NCBI GenBank assembly: GCA_963805625.1
Contig: CAWDVE010000018.1
Span: forward strand, 1-64,000
Length of the DNA: 64,000 nucleotides
Source of the DNA: an uncultured Candidatus Rokubacteria bacterium
GTDB lineage: Bacteria; Methylomirabilota; Methylomirabilia; Rokubacteriales; DASRDR01
Direction of reading: 5' to 3'
A model generated the notes under the pieces. It was not told the origin of the DNA, did no database searches, and saw only the letters and a list, made by a program, of their open reading frames with translations. The position numbers and the translations under genes are program-made. Below, piece after piece: positions 10,690 through 19,338 of this stretch; position 1 is the first letter of the stretch; each line of letters begins with the position of its first letter.

Positions 10690-11735
10690 ACCTCCTCCGC
10701 CTGGCGGGAGTGAGCAAGCGCTTTGCCGCCGACGCCCCGCCCGCCGTGGATGGCCTGTCGCTCAGCGTGGGAGCCGGCGAGGTCCTCGCGCTCCTCGGAC
10801 CCTCCGGTTGCGGCAAGACGACGACGCTCCGGCTGGTGGCGGGCTTCGAGGCGCCGGACGCGGGCGTCATCGAGATCCGAGGCGAAGAGGTGGCGGGGCC
10901 CGGCCGGGCCGCGCCGCCGGAGTCACGGGGCGTAGGCGTCGTCTTCCAAGACTACGCCCTGTTCCCCCACATGTCCGTCGAAGCCAACGTGGCGTTCGGG
11001 CTCGTTCATCTCGCCCGCCCCGCGCGGGTCCGTCGCGTGCGCGAGGTGCTCGAGCTCGTCGGCCTGGCCGGGCTCGAAGCCCGGTATCCCCACGAGCTCT
11101 CGGGCGGTCAGCAGCAGCGCGTCGCGCTCGCCCGCGCGCTCGCCCCGGCGCCAGCGCTGATCCTGCTCGACGAGCCGTTCTCGAATCTCGACGCCGATCT
11201 CCGCGCGGCGATGCGCGAGGAGATCGGCAAGATCCTCCGGGCCAGCGGGACCACGGCCATATTCGTCACCCACGATCAGCAGGAGGCCTTCGCGCTGGCG
11301 GATCGCGTCGGGGTGCTGAACGCGGGGCGACTCGAGCAGGTCGCCCCGCCCTTCGAGCTCTATCACCGGCCCGGGACCAGGTTCGTCGCCGAGTTCGTGG
11401 GGGCCGCGGACTTCCTGCGGTCGATGGTCACCGAGGACGGGATCGTCTCCGAGCTGGGAACCCTGGCGCGCCCACCCGAGCTGGCGCCGGGTCAAGCGGT
11501 CGACATCATGATCCGCCCCGACGACATCGACTTCATCCCGCACCCGGAGGGCGACGTCGTCGTGGTGGGCCGGCAGTTCCACGGGGACGAGCACCTCTAC
11601 CGGCTCCGGCTGACCTCGGGCGCGCACGTCCACGCCGTCCAGCCGTCGACCACGCTCTATCCCGTGGGGACGCGGGTCCGCGTCGTGGCGAATCTGCTCC
11701 ACGTGGTGGCGTTCTCCCTCGTGGAAGAGAAGTAG
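10686..11735 (+). CDS. Fe(III) ABC transporter ATPase (FbpC type)
   Basis: GPSGCGKT, LSGGQQQRVALARAL, LLDEPF, TOBE-like tail; GTGA overlap with permease. Confidence 0.93.
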   Translation: MNLLRLAGVSKRFAADAPPAVDGLSLSVGAGEVLALLGPSGCGKTTTLRLVAGFEAPDAGVIEIRGEEVAGPGRAAPPESRGVGVVFQDYALFPHMSVEANVAFGLVHLARPARVRRVREVLELVGLAGLEARYPHELSGGQQQRVALARALAPAPALILLDEPFSNLDADLRAAMREEIGKILRASGTTAIFVTHDQQEAFALADRVGVLNAGRLEQVAPPFELYHRPGTRFVAEFVGAADFLRSMVTEDGIVSELGTLARPPELAPGQAVDIMIRPDDIDFIPHPEGDVVVVGRQFHGDEHLYRLRLTSGAHVHAVQPSTTLYPVGTRVRVVANLLHVVAFSLVEEK

Positions 11736-11772
11736 CGCCGGCCCCGCCGGCCGGCGAGACCGAACGCCGCGG

Positions 11773-12993
11773 TCAGCTCTGCGAGGCCTTGACCCGGACG
11801 GTCGTGGCGCGGGCCAGCCGCCGGGTCAGGCGGTGCGCCCGACGCTCGAGCCCGTCAACGAGGTCGCCGCCCACCACCTCCCACGCCTCGGCAGTCGCGA
11901 GGGCCGCCCGCGTCAGATCGAGCGCGGCGCCGTAGTCCCGCGCATGGTGCTCGTGGAGTTTCGCGAGGTCGATCAGGAGCCGGAGCGGCGGGCGCTCGGC
12001 GCGCGCCACCGCGTCCGCCCAGAGGGTCCGGGCCTCACCGATCCGTCCCGCCCGCCGCCAGAGCCAACCGAGCCGCCAGGCAACCCCGGGCTCGAGCGCG
12101 TCGGGCAGGCCCGCGCGGAGCGCGGCCTCGTAGAAGCGCGCGCTCCGGTCGGGCTCCCGGCGCTCGAGCCAGCGCCCCGCTCCCATCCACTCCACAGGAT
12201 CGTGACGCGGGTCCGGACCGTCGAGGAGCGCGGCCGCCCGCGCGTGGAGGCCGGCGAGGGCGACCAAGTCCCAGCGGTTGTGCCGGAAGATCCGCGGCAG
12301 CGGCCCCGGATCGCGCGTGCGGAGGTAACGGAAGTAGACCTGAGGCACGAGGGCACCCGGCAGGTCGTCGCCCCGCTCGAGCCCGAGCAACGCGCCCTCG
12401 AGGGTCGAGAGCCGGCAATCCGGCGCACGCCCCCGCCAGAGCGCTCGCGCGACGGGGTAGAGATCCTGGTGGGGGAGCTCCGCCCCCCACCAGCTCGCCC
12501 GCGCCAGCAGGTATCGGGTCTCGAGGAGCGGCAGGTCGAAAGTCCGCCCGTTGAAGGTCACCAGCTCGCGCGTCTCCGCGACCGCCTCCCGCACCGCATG
12601 GAGGAACGCCGCCTCGGCGCCGAGGTCTCCCAGGAAGTACTGGGTCACGGTGAGCGTGCGCGCCGTCGTCCACGTCGCAAGGCCGACGAGGAACACGTAC
12701 GTGCCCGTGCCACCCGCGAGCCCCGTCGTCTCGGTGTCGAGGAAGACCGTCCCGGGGCTCGGCGGGACCGCGGCCATCGCCGCCGGCACCCGCACCGTCT
12801 CGACCGAGCGGAGCGCGGGCCCGTGGGGGGTGGGCACGGACTCGAACGTCAAGGGATCCGCCGGCGGCGGGCGCTCGGCCGCGTGGCGCGCCGCCAGCCG
12901 CTGGAGGCGCGCGCGGAGCCGCGCCAGTTCGAGCTCGCGATCGACGCCGGCGCCCGGAGCGGGGGGCTGACCCGAGGTCGTGGGCAGCGTCAT
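11773..12993 (-). CDS. RNase H-like exonuclease with helical/TPR C-terminus (YprB/MrfB-like)
   Basis: FLDTETTGL, TFNGRTFDLP, HNRWDL DEDD-type motifs; directly downstream of a DUF1998 helicase. Confidence 0.85.
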   Translation of the reverse strand: MTLPTTSGQPPAPGAGVDRELELARLRARLQRLAARHAAERPPPADPLTFESVPTPHGPALRSVETVRVPAAMAAVPPSPGTVFLDTETTGLAGGTGTYVFLVGLATWTTARTLTVTQYFLGDLGAEAAFLHAVREAVAETRELVTFNGRTFDLPLLETRYLLARASWWGAELPHQDLYPVARALWRGRAPDCRLSTLEGALLGLERGDDLPGALVPQVYFRYLRTRDPGPLPRIFRHNRWDLVALAGLHARAAALLDGPDPRHDPVEWMGAGRWLERREPDRSARFYEAALRAGLPDALEPGVAWRLGWLWRRAGRIGEARTLWADAVARAERPPLRLLIDLAKLHEHHARDYGAALDLTRAALATAEAWEVVGGDLVDGLERRAHRLTRRLARATTVRVKASQS

Positions 12994-13016
12994 GGGGCGG
13001 GGAGGTGCCCGGTCCT

Positions 13017-15434
13017 TCAGCCGATCAGGCGGTCGAGGAGCGTGCCCGCCATCGGCTTCGCCCGGCGGCCGACCTCGTTCACCGGCCCGACGCACGACGG
13101 GCACCCGGACCGGCAGGAGCAGGCCCGGATCGTCTCGCGGGCGCGGGCGAGCAGCAGGGCAACCAGCTCGAAGAGGCGCTCCGTGAGCCCGACGCCGCCC
13201 GGCTGGCTGTCATAGAGATAGATGGTGGGCTCGAACTGCTCCGCGGCAAGGAGGCGGGCCCGCGTGCGCTCGGTGGTGAGGACCCGCGGCCCCCGCGGTG
13301 CGTCGCGGCCTGGCTCTGGCGGGGCGGCGTCGCCGAGCCAGGAGCCGAGATCCCGCACGTCGCACATGAGGAAGAGCGGCGCCAGGTGATGGAGGAGGTA
13401 TGCCAGGCCGCGGAGGCCGTCGACGAGGGCGTCGCGGTCCGGCGAGATCGCCGCGAGCACCTCGGGGCGAAGCGTGAGCCAGAGCCCGGAGGTCTGCATC
13501 TCCTGCTGGGGCAGCTCGACCTCGCCCGCGCCCACGTTCTCCATCGTGTCGAACTTGATCTTCTTGAAACCGACCACTTGCTCGGCGACCAGGAGCTCGC
13601 CTTGCTCGACCCGGCCCGCGCCGGCGCTCCCCGTGGCCTCGGTCTGGAACCGGTCGAGCGCCCAGACCCCCTTGGCCGTGACCGCGTCGGTGAAGTAGTC
13701 GACCTGGACGCGCTTGACGTAGGCGACCTTCTCCTCGTCCTCCCGGAAGTGAAGCTCCTGCACCTCGTACTGCTGCCCCTCGATGAGGTAGATCGCCTTG
13801 GGGTGCACCATCGCGAAGGCGCTCCGCCAGTCGACCTCGGCGATCACCTCGCGCTTCCGGGTGAGCCGGCGGACGGCCTCGACGGGCTCGAGCGTCTGAT
13901 GGGTCGAGTCGATCACGACGAAGTTGTCGCTCGCCACGCTCCGGAGCGAGAGGTGATCCGCCGGGTACGTCTCGCTGGTCCAGTGGTAGCGGCCGCCCGT
14001 CCGGTGGAGCAGCCCCTCCTCCTCGAGGAGGTGGAGGTAGCGCCCGACGTCCTCCGCACCGAAGAGCTCGTCCTCCGCAAACGGCAGCTCGAACGCCGCG
14101 CACTTGAGATGGCTCGCGAGGACGTAGGGGTTGTCGGGGTTGATCAGCCCGTGCTCCGGGGGCGCGCCGAAGAAGTAGTCGGGATGGGTGACGATGAACT
14201 GGTCGAGGGGGGCCGAGGACGCCACGAGGATCGCGGCCGAGAGCCCGGTCCGCCGCCCGGCCCGGCCCGCCTGCTGCCAGGTCGAGGCCACCGTGCCCGG
14301 GTACCCGGCCAGCAGCGCCACGTCGAGCCGGCCGATGTCGATGCCGAGCTCGAGCGCGTTCGTCGACACGACCCCCAGCACATCCCCCGCGCGGAGCCCC
14401 CGCTCGACCTCGCGGCGCCGGTTCGGGAGGTACCCCCCGCGGTAGCCGCGGATCACGTCCGTGAACGCCGGCGCCCGCTCGACGGCGGCCTTGAGGTCGG
14501 TCAGGACGACCTCCTCCGCCAGCCGGCTTCCCGTGAAGACGATGGTCGGCACCCGGGCCCGGAGGATCGGCGTCGCCAGCCGGCTCGCCTCCTTGAGGTA
14601 GGGCCGGCGGATCCCGAGCTCGGCGTTGACGACCGGCGGGTTGTAGAAGACGACGACCTTCTCGCCGGCAGGCGCGCCGTTCTCCACGACCAGGCCCACG
14701 GACGACCCGATGAGGCGCTCCGCGAGCTCCTGGGGGTTGGCGATCGTCGCCGACGTGCAGATGAACTGCGGGGCCGCCCCGTAGTGCCGGCAGATCCGCA
14801 GGAGCCGGCGGAGCACGTTGGCCAGGTGGCTACCGAAGACGCCGCGGTACGTGTGGAGCTCGTCGATGATCACGTAGCGCAGGTTCTGGAAGAGCCCGAT
14901 CCATTTCGTGTGGTGCGGCAGAATGCCCGAGTGGAGCATGTCCGGGTTCGTCAGCACCACGTTGGCGCGGGCCCGGACGGCGCGCCGCGCGTCCTGCGGC
15001 GTGTCCCCGTCGTAGGTGTGGATCCGCAGCTCCGGCAGCGCCCGCGCCAGCTCCTCGAGCTCCGCCAGCTGGTCTTGCGCGAGCGCCTTCGTGGGGAAGA
15101 GGTAGAGCGCCCGCGTCGCCGGCTCGGTCAGGAGCGCCTGCAGGACCGGGAGGTTGTAGCAGAGCGTCTTGCCCGACGCCGTCGGCGTCACCACGACCGC
15201 GTGGCCGCCCTTGCCGAGGAGGTCGAGCACCTGGGCCTGATGCGTGTACAGCCCCTCGATCCCGCGCGCCCTCAGCGCATCCGCGAGCCGGGGGTCGATC
15301 GTGTCGGGAATCGGGACCGTCTGCGCGGGGCGAGCCGGGAAACGGCGGAGCGCCGTCACGGCCCCCCCGGATTCGGAGACGAGGCGGTCGATCAGCTCGG
15401 CGAGGTCGACGCGCGGTTCCCCGGGCCCCGCCAT
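13017..15434 (-). CDS. DEAH-box helicase with DUF1998 Zn domain (YprA/MrfA/Hrq1-like)
   Basis: TPTASGKT, PTKALAQDQ, DELH, SAT, QQAGRAGR, C-terminal CSCRSGCPSCV. Confidence 0.92.
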   Translation of the reverse strand: MAGPGEPRVDLAELIDRLVSESGGAVTALRRFPARPAQTVPIPDTIDPRLADALRARGIEGLYTHQAQVLDLLGKGGHAVVVTPTASGKTLCYNLPVLQALLTEPATRALYLFPTKALAQDQLAELEELARALPELRIHTYDGDTPQDARRAVRARANVVLTNPDMLHSGILPHHTKWIGLFQNLRYVIIDELHTYRGVFGSHLANVLRRLLRICRHYGAAPQFICTSATIANPQELAERLIGSSVGLVVENGAPAGEKVVVFYNPPVVNAELGIRRPYLKEASRLATPILRARVPTIVFTGSRLAEEVVLTDLKAAVERAPAFTDVIRGYRGGYLPNRRREVERGLRAGDVLGVVSTNALELGIDIGRLDVALLAGYPGTVASTWQQAGRAGRRTGLSAAILVASSAPLDQFIVTHPDYFFGAPPEHGLINPDNPYVLASHLKCAAFELPFAEDELFGAEDVGRYLHLLEEEGLLHRTGGRYHWTSETYPADHLSLRSVASDNFVVIDSTHQTLEPVEAVRRLTRKREVIAEVDWRSAFAMVHPKAIYLIEGQQYEVQELHFREDEEKVAYVKRVQVDYFTDAVTAKGVWALDRFQTEATGSAGAGRVEQGELLVAEQVVGFKKIKFDTMENVGAGEVELPQQEMQTSGLWLTLRPEVLAAISPDRDALVDGLRGLAYLLHHLAPLFLMCDVRDLGSWLGDAAPPEPGRDAPRGPRVLTTERTRARLLAAEQFEPTIYLYDSQPGGVGLTERLFELVALLLARARETIRACSCRSGCPSCVGPVNEVGRRAKPMAGTLLDRLIG

Positions 15435-15507
15435 CTCGGCGACATCTTAGGAGTCGCGCGCGAACGTTGTCAACGTTCGGGCATCGCGGTTCAATGGGGC
15501 GATCCTC

Positions 15508-16146
15508 ATGCGCACCAAGCCCCGCCCCCTCACCCCCCGCAGTCCGACGCGCTTCCTGCCCCCGCTCCTCTGGATGGGTCTCATCGCGCTCGGCTCCTCG
15601 AGCTTGCTGTCGGGGGGCCGGACAGGCCGGGGGATGCTGATGCTGCTCGGCCACCTCGTACCGTGGGCAAGCCCGGCTATCTTCGATGCCGCCCACTTCG
15701 GGCTACGGAAGGTCGGGCACCTCGTCGAGTTTGGCGTCCTCGCGATCCTGTGGTATCGCGCCCTCGCCCCGTCGCCGCGCGCGCTGATGGCGGCCTTCGT
15801 CCTCACCACGGCCTACGGCGGAGTGGACGAGCTCCGACAGGGGCTCGACCCGAGTCGCTCGCCTGCCGTGAGCGACGTGGTCGTGGACGCGCTCGGCGCG
15901 CTGCTCGGGCTCGCGGCCTGGACGGAACCAGACCGACTCAGCATGGGGACGCTGCGCGTCGCCGCCTGGGTGGTGGGGCTTCTTGCCGGCCTCGCCGTCC
16001 TGGCCATCGCGCTCGACTGGACGCTCGGCCGTCCGGCGACGGACGTCGGCGTCGCGGCGCTCGGCTTCACCATGGTGGCGGTTGGCCTGGCCTGCGCCGC
16101 GAGAAGCGGCGTATCCGCGGGCCGGCAACCGCCCGGCCCACCCTGA
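15508..16146 (+). CDS. VanZ-family membrane protein
   Basis: RKVGHLVEFGVL, YGGVDELRQ, R..AVSDVVVD motifs. Confidence 0.8.
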   Translation: MRTKPRPLTPRSPTRFLPPLLWMGLIALGSSSLLSGGRTGRGMLMLLGHLVPWASPAIFDAAHFGLRKVGHLVEFGVLAILWYRALAPSPRALMAAFVLTTAYGGVDELRQGLDPSRSPAVSDVVVDALGALLGLAAWTEPDRLSMGTLRVAAWVVGLLAGLAVLAIALDWTLGRPATDVGVAALGFTMVAVGLACAARSGVSAGRQPPGPP

Positions 16147-16221
16147 GCGTCGACGATCGAAATGAGCTCCTCGCCAGGCAGCAAATCGGCCGCGGGCGCG
16201 GCGCCCTGCCGTGCGGCCCTC

Positions 16222-17592
16222 TCAGGCGGGGCGCTCGATGCGGACGACCACCTCGATGTGCGGTGTGTGCGGGAACATGTCGACGGGCTGGACCGCGGTG
16301 ATCCGGTAGCCGGCGGCGCAGAGCGTGGCGAGGTCCCGGGCCAGGGTCGCCGGATTGCAGGACACGTAGACGACGCGCCGGGCGGCGAGCGTGGCGAGGC
16401 TCCGGAGCGCCTTCGGGTGAAACCCGGCGCGGGGCGGGTCGGCCACCACCACGTCGGCCCGCACCCCGCGCGCGAGCAGGTCGGGCAGCACGTGCCGCAC
16501 CTCGCCCGGGAGGAACGTGCAGTTCGTGATGCGGTTCTCCCGCGCGTTGCGGGCGGCATCCTCGATCGCGGCCGGCACGAGCTCGATGCCGTACACGACC
16601 CGCGCCTGGCGCGCGAGGAGCAGGCTGATCGCCCCCGTTCCCGCGTAGAGGTCGAGCACGGTCTCCTGGCCGGTGAGCCCAGCGTACTCCCCCACGATCC
16701 CGAACAGGCGCTCCGCCTGGCGCGTGTTCGTTTGGAAGAAGGAGTTGGCCGAGATCGAAAAGATAAGATCGCGGAGCCGCTCCCGGATCGTCTCGTTGCC
16801 GGCGATCGGGTGCTCCTCGACGCCGACGGCAACGGCGGCCTTCTTCGGATTCACGTTCAGCACGACCGAGGTCACGTGGGGACACCGGTCACGGAGGCGG
16901 TCGGCGAGGGCCCGCGCGGTCGGCACGTCGGGGGAGGCCGTGACCAGGTTGACCATGGCGTCGCCGGTCTGCCGTCCCTCGCGGAGCATCAGGAAGCGGA
17001 GGAGGCCTTCCTCGGTCTCCTGCCGGTAGATGCTCCAGCCCCGCTCCCGCACGAAGGTGCGCACCTCGGCGAGGACGGCGTTCATCCCGTCGGACTGAAG
17101 CAGGCAGCGCTCGACGTCCAGGATGGCGTCGTAGCGCTCCGCCTCGTGGAGTCCCACCACGGGCCGACCGTCAACCTCGGCGAACGTGAACTCCATCTTG
17201 TTGCGGTAGCCGTAGATCTCGGGGGCGCCCAGGATCGGGGACACCGGAACCTCGCCTAGCCCGCCGAGCCGCGTCAGGCAGTCCACCACCTGGCGCTGCT
17301 TGAACTCCAGCTGGGCTTCGTAGCGCACGTGCTGGAGCCGGCAGCCGCCACACCGCCCGAAGTAGGGGCACGGGGGCTCGGTGCGTAGATCCGAGGCGCG
17401 GTCGAGTCGCTCGATCGCGCCCCGAGCGAATCGCGGCCGGACCTGCGTGAGCCGGACGTCGACACGGTCGCCCGGCACGCCACCGGGGACGAACACGACG
17501 TAGCCGCCGGCCGCCCGCGCGACCCCCTCGCCTCCGAACGCCAGGTCGGTCACGTCCACGGTCAGGAGATCACCGCGCCGCGCGGTGGCCAT
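16222..17592 (-). CDS. rlmD: 23S rRNA m5U1939 methyltransferase (TRAM domain + 4Fe-4S)
   Basis: CPYFGRCGGC, YRNKMEF, SFFQTN, DLYAGTG, DPPRAG, YVSCNPATLARD, DMFPHTPHIE. Confidence 0.9.
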   Translation of the reverse strand: MATARRGDLLTVDVTDLAFGGEGVARAAGGYVVFVPGGVPGDRVDVRLTQVRPRFARGAIERLDRASDLRTEPPCPYFGRCGGCRLQHVRYEAQLEFKQRQVVDCLTRLGGLGEVPVSPILGAPEIYGYRNKMEFTFAEVDGRPVVGLHEAERYDAILDVERCLLQSDGMNAVLAEVRTFVRERGWSIYRQETEEGLLRFLMLREGRQTGDAMVNLVTASPDVPTARALADRLRDRCPHVTSVVLNVNPKKAAVAVGVEEHPIAGNETIRERLRDLIFSISANSFFQTNTRQAERLFGIVGEYAGLTGQETVLDLYAGTGAISLLLARQARVVYGIELVPAAIEDAARNARENRITNCTFLPGEVRHVLPDLLARGVRADVVVADPPRAGFHPKALRSLATLAARRVVYVSCNPATLARDLATLCAAGYRITAVQPVDMFPHTPHIEVVVRIERPA

Positions 17593-17702
17593 GTCGCCCT
17601 GCATGCTACGGCAGGGCCCCAGTGCCGTCAACGCTCGGCGCCGTGAGAGCGGCTCCCGTGTGCTACGCGTGTGCTACGATAGAGGGCCGAGTCCTCGATG
17701 GC

Positions 17703-19007
17703 ATGAGCGCTCAAGGAGTCCCGGCAGTTTCACCGGGTCGCGCACGCTACGCGCTGGGAGTCCTGTTCGCGATCAACCTGTTCAACTACATCGATCGTCA
17801 GGTCATCTCGGGTGTGCTCCCGCTCGTCCAGCAGGACCTCAGGCTGTCGGATACCGCGCTCGGCTGGCTCGCGTCCGCGTTCATGATCCTCTATCTGACC
17901 GGCTCGATTCCGCTCGGGGTGCTGGGAGACCGGATGGCCCGCAATCGCCTCATCGCCGTCGGCGTCGGCATCTGGGGCGCAGCGACCGTCCTCTCGGGGC
18001 TCGCGCGCTCCTACGGGCAGCTGTTCACCGCCCGCGCCCTGGTGGGTATCGGCGAGGCCTCCTACGGCCCCACCGCCAGCGCGATGGTCTCGGACCTCTT
18101 CCCGCGGGAGCGGCGGGGACTCGTTAACGCGCTCTTCAACGCCGCCATCCCGCTGGGTGGCGCGATCGGCGTGATGGCGGGCGGACTCGTCGGGTCCCGC
18201 TACGGATGGCGGGCCGCGTTCCTTCTGGTCGGCCTGCCCAGTGTCGCGCTCACGATCCTCGCCTGGCGCCTCGGCGACCCGCTGCGCGGCGCGCAGGATC
18301 ACCTGGCCGCCGACGCGCACGGCCGGGCCCCCAACGGCTTCTTCGAGGGTGTCGTGGGGCTGTTCCGCACGCCGACCTTCGTGATGGTCTGCGCGGTCGG
18401 CATGCTCGTGGCGTTCTCGATCGGCGCCTTCAACCACTGGCTCCCGCTCTATCTCCACCGGATCAAGCAGTTCACCGTGGCCGAGGCCAGCTTCTGGTTC
18501 GGCGTTCTCTCGGCAGCCGGCGGATTTCTCGGCGTCGTCAGCGGCGGCTTCGTCGGGGACCTGCTGGCGCGCCGGACCCCCGCCGGGCACCTCCTCACGA
18601 TCGCCGGCGGCTTCCTACTCGCGGCCCCGGCCGGTATCGTGATGATCCTCGCCCAAGATCGGGCCGTTTTCCTGCCGGCCCTGTTCTTCGCCGTGACGTT
18701 CCTCGTGCTCTACATCGGCAGCGTCAACGCCGTGATCCACAACGTCGTCCACCCAGCTCTGCGCGCGACAGCGGTCGCCATCTTCGTGTTCATCATCAAT
18801 CTGGGCGGGGCGGCGCTCTCGCCGGCCATCGTCGGGCTCATCTCCGACCGGCGCCAGTCGCTGCAGGCCGCCATGCTCATGCTGCCCGTCCTCGTGTTCT
18901 TCGCCGGTCTAATCGCGCTCGCGGCAGCCACGGTCATCGGATCCGACATTCGACGGCTGGGGAACGGCCTCGGGCTCACTCCGTCCGGGAGAGTGTCGCG
19001 TGGCTGA
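17703..19007 (+). CDS. Spinster-like MFS transporter
   Basis: INLFNYIDR, GVLGDRMARNRL, RALVGIGEASY, WRAAFLLVGLP. Confidence 0.85.
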   Translation: MSAQGVPAVSPGRARYALGVLFAINLFNYIDRQVISGVLPLVQQDLRLSDTALGWLASAFMILYLTGSIPLGVLGDRMARNRLIAVGVGIWGAATVLSGLARSYGQLFTARALVGIGEASYGPTASAMVSDLFPRERRGLVNALFNAAIPLGGAIGVMAGGLVGSRYGWRAAFLLVGLPSVALTILAWRLGDPLRGAQDHLAADAHGRAPNGFFEGVVGLFRTPTFVMVCAVGMLVAFSIGAFNHWLPLYLHRIKQFTVAEASFWFGVLSAAGGFLGVVSGGFVGDLLARRTPAGHLLTIAGGFLLAAPAGIVMILAQDRAVFLPALFFAVTFLVLYIGSVNAVIHNVVHPALRATAVAIFVFIINLGGAALSPAIVGLISDRRQSLQAAMLMLPVLVFFAGLIALAAATVIGSDIRRLGNGLGLTPSGRVSRG

Positions 19008-19338
19008 GCCGGTCCGGATCGGAACGTTGCTGGGCAGCCTGCCGGGCCTGAACGACCGGTTGGCCGAGGCCCGGCTCGTTGCAACCTGGCCGACCATCGC
19101 GGGCCCTGCCGGCGCACGTTCGCGCGCGGAGGGGGTCGATCAGGGGGTGCTCCGGGTCGCGGTGGACAGCTCCGGCTGGCTCCATCGGCTCACCCTGGAG
19201 GAGCCTCGGTTGGTCACCCGCTGCCGCGAGATCGCCGCGATCCGAGCGATTCACTTTCGACTGGCTCCGCCCCCGGACTCGGCGGCCCGCGCCGCCCGGA
19301 GCCCGTCCCCGGCGGTCGAAGGAGAGGTGTGCCCATGA
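19000..19338 (+). CDS. DUF721/DciA-family protein
   Basis: W..IAGP, GVLRVAVDSSGWLHRL pattern; 112 aa; overlaps both neighbours. Confidence 0.7.
   Translation: MAEPVRIGTLLGSLPGLNDRLAEARLVATWPTIAGPAGARSRAEGVDQGVLRVAVDSSGWLHRLTLEEPRLVTRCREIAAIRAIHFRLAPPPDSAARAARSPSPAVEGEVCP

Noticed and set aside
13017-15434. DISARM/Druantia-type defence helicase
   Set aside because: It is a full Hrq1/MrfA-type helicase paired with a YprB-like nuclease in core context, without methylase or drm genes.
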